From Candidatus Latescibacterota bacterium (lineage in GTDB: Bacteria > Latescibacterota > UBA2968 > UBA8231), in assembly GCA_965205655.1 (NCBI GenBank), contig CBDBIJ010000094.1, positions 1 to 24,570 on the forward strand: a stretch of 24,570 nucleotides of DNA. Direction: 5' to 3'. Positions 17,182 through 24,570 of the stretch are shown piece by piece. The notes under the pieces are model-generated. The model ran no database searches, had not been told where the DNA came from, and saw only the letters and a program-made list of their open reading frames with translations. A program made the translations under genes and the position numbers. Each line of letters begins with the position of its first letter. Within the stretch, counting starts at the first letter, position 1.

Positions 17182-18408
17182 GTGCCCCGATTCGAGATCA
17201 TCTGTTCCGACTGCGGTGAAAGGGAGACCGCACTGACTGCCCAGCTGTGCTCGGCCTGCCAGGGGTATCTCGAGTTTGCCTACGACTACGACGGGGTTGA
17301 ATGGGATGCGCGTTTCGGGAACAGCATGTGGAGATTCTGGCCTTTGCTCCCAGTCGATGACCCCGGCGGAATTTCCACCCTGGGCGAAGGGGGAACGCCG
17401 CTGCTTCCCCTAAGAGAGGGCAAGGGGAACCGGATCCTCGTAAAGGACGAATCGCGCAATCCGACCGGGTCTCACAAAGACCGCTCACTCGCCATGGCGA
17501 TCAACCACGGCCGCGAAATCGGGGCTCGAACCTCGGTCGTGGTCTCCACCGGTAGCGCCGGCATCTCCAATGCGGCGATGGCCACCCGCGCCGGCATGAC
17601 CAGCATAGCTGTCATGTCGTCCGGAGTCCCGTGGGAGCGCATCTTTCCGATGGCCGCCGTGGGCAGCAGCCTGGTGGAGGTGGATGCGGAGATAGATCTG
17701 GTAGTAGAGCAGGTGACTGTGGCGTGCCGCGATCTGGGACTCTACGTGAGCACGACCTGTCGAGATTCCAATCCCTACCAGAGCGAAGGGAACAAGACTA
17801 TCGCCTACGAGATCGTCGAGGAACTCGGAGGCGCTCCGGACTACATGCTGGCGCCAGTCGGCGGTGGAGGTACTATCGCGGGTATCTGGCGAGGCTTCGT
17901 CGATCTGGAGCGCCTGGGCAGAATATCCCACATACCCAGGATGGTCGGCGTGGTGCCCAGCGATTACAACGGCCTCGAGGTGGCGTTCGAGCGGGGCCTC
18001 CAGAAACAGGAGGAGCTCATGGCGTTGCCATACCACGATCCTCCACCCTCCATACTCGTCAAGATTGCCCACGCCTTTCCGCCCGACGGGGCCGACGCCC
18101 TGAAGGCGGTGCGGGCCGCGAATGGGTTCTTCGTGTCCGTCAACGACGAGGAGGCGCTACAGGCGGCTGCCGATTTCGGCCGCAAGGAGGGATTGTACGT
18201 GGAGCCCTCCAGCGGAGCCTGCCTGGCGGGCCTCAATCGCCTTCTCGATTCGGGAAGCCTGGGGACCGGAGGCACCATCGTCGCGCTCATCAGCGGTTCC
18301 GGGTTTCGCGAGACCTTTCTGACTGCAGCTCGCACCCCGTCCTCTTGCCAACGCACCGGGATCGACGGGCTACGTCACCTTCTCGCCGAAGTGGCCGGGG
18401 GGAAGTGA
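17182..18408 (+). CDS. Threonine-synthase-like PLP-dependent enzyme (fold type II)
   Basis: N-terminal CxxC/CxxC, LGEGGTPL, NPTGSHKDR (PLP Lys), EGNKTIAYE, PVGGGG and VEPSSG. GTG 17182 follows AAGGAG. Confidence 0.88.
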   Translation: MPRFEIICSDCGERETALTAQLCSACQGYLEFAYDYDGVEWDARFGNSMWRFWPLLPVDDPGGISTLGEGGTPLLPLREGKGNRILVKDESRNPTGSHKDRSLAMAINHGREIGARTSVVVSTGSAGISNAAMATRAGMTSIAVMSSGVPWERIFPMAAVGSSLVEVDAEIDLVVEQVTVACRDLGLYVSTTCRDSNPYQSEGNKTIAYEIVEELGGAPDYMLAPVGGGGTIAGIWRGFVDLERLGRISHIPRMVGVVPSDYNGLEVAFERGLQKQEELMALPYHDPPPSILVKIAHAFPPDGADALKAVRAANGFFVSVNDEEALQAAADFGRKEGLYVEPSSGACLAGLNRLLDSGSLGTGGTIVALISGSGFRETFLTAARTPSSCQRTGIDGLRHLLAEVAGGK

Positions 18409-18427
18409 TCGCGCTCGGATGGCCGAC

Positions 18428-19306
18428 TCACCCCGCGAATTTCGATGACTTCTCGCCGCGCACACCGGGATCGGCAACGAACAAACCGCCGGCCAGAGGC
18501 TGCTGCGCGCGGTTCTCCTCGGGCACGCCGCTTGCCGCAGTCGTGATGTAGAGCGTGTCGAGATTTTCGCCGCCGAAGGCGCAGGCGGTAACATTCGAAC
18601 ACGGCAGTTCGATCTTGTCGATGCACTTGCCGGTATCGGGATCCCAGCGGCGCACGTGGCTGCCGAAGAAGTGGCCGACCCACAGTTTCCCCTCGACATC
18701 CATGGCCATGCCGTCGGGCCAGTTTTCTTCCTTGGAGACATGGCAACAGACCCGCCGGTTCTCGACGGCGCCCGTCACATTGTCATAGTCGAGGGCCTCA
18801 ATCTTCATCGTTGGCGTATCGATGTAGTACATCGTCTTGGCGTCTTTGGTCCAGCAGATGCCGTTGGAGATGGTGACGTTGTCAAAGATCCTGTGGACGC
18901 TGAGGTCCGTATCGAGCCGATACAGGCTGCCCGCCGGATTGTCCTCGCTCATCGGTAAGGTGCCGGCCCACAGACGGCCGGCAGGGTCGCACTTGCCTTC
19001 ATTGAATCGGTTCGTCGGGATATCACTTTCCGGATCCGCGATCGGAGTGACCGCCTCTGTTTCGATGTCGTAGAAGGCGAAGCCGCTCTGGAGCGCGAGC
19101 ACCAGTCCGCCCGACTGCCGGCACACGACTGTCCCCGGCATCTCCGGCAGCGTCCGAATTTCATGACTGCCGGTCGCCGGATCGTGGCAGTGCAACTCCT
19201 TGCCGATAATATCGACCCAGTAGAGGATGTTGTTCTCATAGTCCCAGATTGGGCCTTCGCCCACTTCGTTTTTGGTGTCGAACAGCAGTTCTGCTGTGAT
19301 GCTCAT
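18428..19306 (-). CDS. SMP-30/gluconolactonase/LRE family protein (sugar lactonase)
   Basis: VGEGPIWD, LYWVDI, RFNEGKCDPAGR, SNGICW, PDGMAMD and CAFGG.NLDTLYITTA. Confidence 0.95.
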   Translation of the reverse strand: MSITAELLFDTKNEVGEGPIWDYENNILYWVDIIGKELHCHDPATGSHEIRTLPEMPGTVVCRQSGGLVLALQSGFAFYDIETEAVTPIADPESDIPTNRFNEGKCDPAGRLWAGTLPMSEDNPAGSLYRLDTDLSVHRIFDNVTISNGICWTKDAKTMYYIDTPTMKIEALDYDNVTGAVENRRVCCHVSKEENWPDGMAMDVEGKLWVGHFFGSHVRRWDPDTGKCIDKIELPCSNVTACAFGGENLDTLYITTAASGVPEENRAQQPLAGGLFVADPGVRGEKSSKFAG

Positions 19307-19345
19307 GTTCGTTTGCTCCCTGACCTGCTAGCAGAAACGGATACT

Positions 19346-19374
19346 TTGCGTTCGGCTGTCGTCGCTATTATGAT
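19346..19374 (+). promoter_or_regulatory. Putative sigma70 promoter for the GH-like/oxidoreductase operon
   Basis: TTGCGT (19346-19351), 17-bp spacer, TATGAT (19369-19374). A GGAGG RBS lies before ATG 19429. Confidence 0.45.
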
Positions 19375-19850
19375 GAAACGGCCGTCCCCTGTCGAGTGAT
19401 TCTGAGCTCGGGTCCGGAGGTCCCGTGAATGCAGAGCTACGTCCTGGCCAACGAACACATACGGCTCGAATTCGATCCCGAGCACGGAAGAATCCTCAGT
19501 TGTTCGCACGCGGGTCTCGGCATCGAACTGGTTTCCGAGCAGCGGCTGGCGGAAAACTGGCGCCTGATGGTCAAGATGCCGGATGGAATTACCTACCTGC
19601 ACGCGACCGGGCAGTCGCTTGCGAGTTGTACGATCGATGGGAATCGGGCGGTTCTGTATTGGACCCAGGTCGAAACGCCAGAGGGCAAGCTCGCCGTCGC
19701 CGTTCGCCAACAGATCGAACTGGACGGGCACACGCTGACTGCCCAGCTCGAGGTCCGCAACGATTCCGACCATGCGATAGAAGAAATCTACCCGCTGTGC
19801 ATCGGCGGCATGGCCAACTGGGGCGAGCAGGACGACTGGTATCTGTGCTG

Positions 19851-21235
19851 GAGCTTGGGTCAAATGGTGTGTAAACGACTCAGGCGGCGATCTTCTTCCT
19901 TTGCGCGATGGGTGATCCGTTTTCGTAGCACTCCCCGGCGTAGACGTCAGCCATGAGATGCGGTGCATTGAGTCGCCGGAATCGTTTCTCGGCCACCATC
20001 AGTACCCGCCAAATGAGGGCGGTGGCATTGGCCACCTTCCTGTATCGTTTGGCCGCATTGGTTCGCAACCGTACCGAAGCGAAGGGACTTTCGACGACGT
20101 TGGTGGTGCGCAGGTGTTGCCAGTGGGCCTCGGGAAAGTCGTAGAATGTCACCATACCGGTCCCAATCGCGCTCGAGGATATCGACGGCGTCTGGACACT
20201 CGCGGCGAAACCGTTTGGCGAATTGATCGCGACGTTTCGTCGCTTCCTGACGGGTCGGCGCGTACGGGATCTGTGTCAGCAGGTGCCGCCCTTCGACCTG
20301 CACGCGTTTTGGCAGCTTATCCAGCACGTTCAGGATGCGGTGATTCCAGCATCGCTGTTCAGCCGTCTCCGGCCAGACCTCTGCCAGGGCCGCCCAGATA
20401 CCCAGGTGCCCATCCGCCACCAACAACTTCGCCACGCTCAGTCCGCGGTCACGCAGATCGCGCAGTACGCCCGCCCACGACTCTGTCGATTCGCGATAGC
20501 CCGGGACAATCGTCAGGACTTCTTTGCGCCCATCGCTCATCGCGCCGATGACCACCAGGAGAGCGGCTTTTTGCTTCTCAAGACCGGCTTTGACGTAGAT
20601 CCCGTCCGCCCAGGCGTAGACGAGCTCGCGGTCATCCAGTCGTCCAGTCGTCGGCTGCGCCAGGCGTTGTATTCGACGATCCACTTCTCACGCAAACGAG
20701 CGATCGAGGACGCCGACAAAGGCGCTCCCTTGCCCAGCAGGCCGCGCAGCGCCAGCTCGAAGTCTCCCTGAGACAAACCGTGCAGGTAAAGCTCTGGCAG
20801 CAGCTGACCTGTTTCTTGGGTGCGCCGGGCGAACAGCGGCAGTACCGCACTCTCAAATCGCTCTTCCAGACCCCGCACCCGAGGGCGTTTCACCTCGATC
20901 GTGCCCGAGGTCAAGGACAGTCGCCGCCGCTTCCCGTACCCATTGCGGTAGCCGCCGGCTGCGTCCAACGGTGCCTGTCGCTCGTACCGTGACCGTCCCA
21001 GCGCATGGGTGACTTCTTCATCCAGAACCGACTGCATCAGCGACTGAATCTGCGAGCGTGTCCACTCTTCTAGCGTTTCGAACGTGGGCATGGACATTTC
21101 CGTCGTGCTCGGCTTAGGTTGTGCCATGGCGATTCTCCTCTTCCTGCCGGGATAGCCCCGGCGTTTGTGATGGCTAATTACAAAGGAAGGGTAGGATCGC
21201 CGTCTGTCTATTTCCACACCTCCTGATTATAGCTC
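19851..21235 (-). mobile_element. IS256-family insertion sequence, 1385 bp, 8-bp target duplication CTGTGCTG
   Basis: Ends GAGCTTGGGTCAAATGGTGTGTAAA and (reverse complement) GAGCTATAATCAGGAGGTGTGGAAA, 17/25 identical. CTGTGCTG at 19843-19850 and 21236-21243. Confidence 0.95.
19880..21127 (-). pseudogene. IS256-family (Mutator-like) transposase, frameshifted twice (about 412 aa when corrected)
   Basis: YRNGY, LYLHGLS, YAWADGIY, VADGHLG, QRCWNH and RTTNVVES motifs are spread over three frames. The breaks are an 8-bp duplication at 20635-20650 and an extra base at 20156. Confidence 0.9.
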
Positions 21236-22975
21236 CTGTGCTGCCCCGGACTCGTCTGGGGCGGTGAGGAGTTTGTTTTCTACCGCGATTTTCCCGGCAG
21301 CTATATAGGCCCCGCCCGCCCGACGTTTGCCTATTCCTACCCCGGCACGTCAGTGGATTATTGGCAACAGAATCTGTCAATGTCGTGGGCGACGCTGTAC
21401 AACAAGCACACCGGCCGGGCGGTCTATTTCGGCAATCACAATCCCGAGGTCGCGTTCTCGGCGTTCTGGGGCGAGCTGAGCCCGTGCGCCAGCTATGCGA
21501 ATCCGGCCGGACGCTGGGGGCCGCAGGTGTGGCCCCATCCCAGCCAGGCCGATGACGATGTCGCCATCGGCGCGGCCGTGGGTTGGGTTTTCTTCCCATT
21601 CCTGCGCGGGCACGATGTCTATACCAGCCCACCCGTCGTGATGCGGTTCCACGCCGGCGGCTGGTGGGAGTCGGCCAGGACCTTTCGCAGCTGGTTCAAT
21701 CAGAATGTGGCTGAGCCTGAACCCGACGAGGGCGGCATGGCGCGCTGGGACGCCTGGCAGGCCACGTTCATGTCCACGCCGGAAGGCCGCGTGCGCCTGC
21801 GCTTCGAAGACCTGCCACAATACGCAGCCGAGGTGAAGCGGGCGGGTATCGACGTCCTCCAGCTTTCCGGTTGGCACGAAGGCGGCGTAGACGCCAACTA
21901 TCCGAGTTTCTCGGTGCCGGATCCCCGACTCGGCACTCGCGAGGAATTTGCTGCCGCTATCGAGGAATGTCAGGGGATGGGCATCACGGTTCTGATGTGG
22001 GCGAACGCCAACCAGATGAACGTGGAGACGGACTGGTACAGGGAGACCCTGCACAAGTATGCGATTCAGAATCCGTACGGCGACCCTCAAATGCCGCTCG
22101 GTTTCGGTTTCGACAGCCTCCTGCACCTGATGGGCTACACGGTGCCGCGGATGGTGGCCGGGAATATGGCCCATCCGGAGTTTCGGCAAATTATCATGGA
22201 CGAGTGGGAGAAGACGCACGAGCTGGGCGCACAGGCGTTCCTGATCGACAAGATCATCTCCGGCGAACCGCACCACCTGGATTTCAATCCGGGCGCGCCT
22301 GGGCGCATCGACTCCAGCGCCCATCAGAGCTTACTCGACGCGGTAGCCGCCTTTTCTGAGAGGCTTGCGACGGATGGCATCCCACTCGCCCTCGAGACCG
22401 GCTGGGATCGGATGATGCCGTACTGCACAGCGCTCTATACCCGATACTTCGGGCAGGATCACATCCCGATGCAGGAAGCCGTCTTCCCCGAGGTCAAACC
22501 GAGCTGCTGTATTAGCGGCGATTTCGATTTCGGGCTGGTGAACAAATGCCTGCGCTTCGGCCATATCATCGTGATCGAGGGCATCAACCAGGTCGACAGC
22601 ATCGCCAGCTTTCCATCCCTGGGGCCCTATGTGAAGGAAGCGCTCCGCCTGCGCCGCGAGCTTGCGGGACAACATCTGGCGGTCGCGTGTCGTCGAGCAG
22701 ACCCTCGCGGGGGTAACACACGACGGCTCGGTGTACGTCGGCGCGCACGAGTCGTGGAAAATAGATCCAGCCTCCGGCTCGCAGCACGCCCTGGTGCTGC
22801 AGCACTTCGAAAGGGGATCGAAGTTGGTCGAAATTTCGTTCCACGATCCGAAATGGCGCGGCGCGGCTGCTCTATCGGCCCTTTGCCGAGCCGGAGAAAG
22901 TCGCTCTTCCCGTGAATGCGGAGATCGAACAGGATCGGGTTTTGATCGTGATCCCGCAAACAGAGTGAACGTTAT

Positions 22976-24029
22976 ATGCTGACAGCAGCCATCATCGGCT
23001 GTGGGCGGGTCGTGCAGGCGGGCCACGTTCTCGGCTTCGCAGCCGTGAGGGATCTGGTGCAGGTAGTGGCTCTGGCCGATCCCGTTCCGAGAATCTCGAC
23101 ATCGTCGGTGAGGCGCTATCTGTCCCGGTACAGGCTCGATTCAGAGATTATCGCGAGCTGCTGGATACCACGGCCAGTGACTTCGTCGACCTGGCGCTCC
23201 CGCACTTCCTTCACGAGGAGGTGACAGTCGCCTGCGCCGATGCGGGACGCCACATCCTGTCGGAGAAGCCCCTGACCATATCCGTGGCCAGCGGGGCCAG
23301 GGTCGCGGCCGCCGTGCGGGATGCCGGCGTCGTGTTCGGCATCCAGCACAACTACGTCCACTTTCCGCACTACGCCGCCATGCACCAGGCCGTGGCCTCC
23401 GGCCTGATCGGCCAGCCGTTCCTGGGGCGCTACGAAACCGTGTCCAGCGGTCGGCACTGGCCCGGGGTGCCCGGGTACGACCCGGGACTGGAGGATAAAA
23501 TCCGCCCGCAGCGGTGGGGGTGCCCTCATAGACAATGGCTATCACAACATGTACATGTGCGAGATTTTCATGGGCAAGCCTGTGCGGACGGTGATGGCCA
23601 GGGTTGCCGAGGTGGAGAATGGGGAAGTGGATGACCTGGCCCTGACGATTCTGGGACACGAAGGGGGAGGCGCCTCGTCAGTTCAGGTGAGTTGGTCCGC
23701 CCGCGGCAGCAGCCCGGACGTGATCGAAGTACACGGCAAAGAGGGAACGTTGCGAGTCGGAGACGACAAGACCGTACATCTGCACAGCGGTCAAGGCGAT
23801 GAATGGACAGTCCACTACGTGCCAGAAGGCAGAGTGAGTTTTACGCTTACGTATGAGAATGTGTTTCGCGAGTTCGCATCGGCCGTCATGGAGGGTCGCG
23901 AACCCGCCTACGGGCTGACGTTTGCCCTCCACAACCTGGCGATCATCATGGCCGCCTATGAGTCGGAGCGCGTGGGCGAGGCTGTATCGGTGGCAGCGGC
24001 TGGAACGACAGATGGATGGAATCAGCTGA
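22976..24029 (+). CDS. Gfo/Idh/MocA-family oxidoreductase with apparent single-base frameshifts (about 350 aa when corrected)
   Basis: AAIIGCG, ALPHFLH, HILSEKP, GGGALIDNGYH, IEVHGKEG and AAYES. Frame changes near 23088, 23485 and probably 23998. The 3' end is inferred. Confidence 0.82.
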
Positions 24030-24037
24030 GGAGCCAG

Positions 24038-24570
24038 CTATACCTGAACCTCGAAGGCGTCATCCGTCCGAGCGATCCACTCATCGAGACGACGTCGGTG
24101 GTTCGTCAGCTCCTGCCGAATCCCGGGATCGTGAGCCAGGTGCGCGTCTCGCCGGGATCGGTCTCCATATCGAAAAGCAGCTCCGGATTGCTTCCTTCTG
24201 AGAAGGCCATGTACTTGTAACGTGCAGTGCGCACCATGCGGCCCTTCTTGCTCAGGTCATCTCTGTCGGCGCCGAGCTCGCAGACCAGATATTCGCGTCC
24301 CGCAGTAGCCGGATCCTCGATACAGGGACGCAGGCTGATCCCCGTGCATTGCGGCGCCGTGACCTGCGCATAGTCGCACAGCGTGGGCAGAACGTCCGTA
24401 CCAGACGCCAGATGGGTTCGGTTGACTACGCCAGGTGGGGTGACGCCCTTCCAGCTCACGATCAGCGGCACACTGACCGGGTTCTCCCACAGGATCAGCT
24501 TGGAGATCCATCGGTGGGCGGCCATTCCCTCGCCGTGGTCGCTGGTGAAGACGATGAGAGTATTTTCTTC
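24038..24570 (-). CDS. Sulfatase-family protein, C-terminal part (runs off the window; frameshift near 24141)
   Basis: ENTLIVFTSDHGEG, VPLIVSW, DVLPTL, RMVRT.RYKY and ELLFDMETDPGETR[N]LA. Adding one A restores the frame to TAG at 24040-24038. Confidence 0.88.

Larger units (their letters stand above)
19429..22968 (+). pseudogene. Glycoside-hydrolase-like protein (DUF6259-like, about 714 aa reconstructed) interrupted by IS256
   Basis: Removing the IS and one 8-bp repeat joins 19429-19850 in frame to 21244 onward (..DWYLC|CPGLVWGG..YPGTSVDYWQQNLSMSW). The core has LSGWHEGGVDANYP...DPRLGT.EEF..AI and AFLID. Single extra bases near 22662 and 22865 shift the frame before the stop at 22966-22968. 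Confidence 0.8.

Noticed and set aside
20537..20684. Programmed frameshifting in the IS256 transposase
   Set aside because: IS256 transposases are single ORFs, and the break is fully explained by the 8-bp duplication.
24030..24220. C-terminal extension of the oxidoreductase ORF to 24220
   Set aside because: It overlaps the convergent sulfatase. One extra G near 23998 gives a normal end at 24029.
1..24570. CRISPR arrays, tRNA/rRNA, riboswitches and defence or phage genes
   Set aside because: Intergenic gaps are all short, and I saw no regularly spaced repeats, cloverleaf motifs or such protein signatures by eye. An Infernal/Rfam scan would be needed to exclude small RNAs.

Overview
GC-rich bacterial window made mostly of short, mixed-orientation catabolic genes. 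It holds an NTP-transferase, a PfkB kinase, an HpcH/HpaI aldolase, a CX5R phosphatase, an SDR, two amidohydrolases, a VOC protein, three PhyH-type dioxygenases, two TIM-barrel isomerase/dehydratase-like proteins, a MOSC protein, a threonine-synthase-like PLP enzyme, an SMP-30 lactonase, a Gfo/Idh/MocA oxidoreductase and the 3' end of a sulfatase. There is also a YtrA-type GntR/ABC/permease operon. Two complete IS elements can be delimited to the base. An IS1182-family element (10042-11551, CTAG duplication) sits in a hairpin between convergent genes. An IS256-family element (19851-21235, 8-bp duplication) splits a ~714-aa glycoside-hydrolase-like gene. An orphan gene fragment ending TAVEIETWGRLKSRFR, together with the gene content, suggests a Latescibacterota-like FCB lineage (inference). 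Several single-base frameshifts, mostly after 20 kb, look like long-read errors. I saw no RNA genes or CRISPR arrays, and I could not establish a clearly novel multi-gene system. The best leads are the TWGRxK-tailed fragment, the IS details and the uncharacterised Ytr-type permease.
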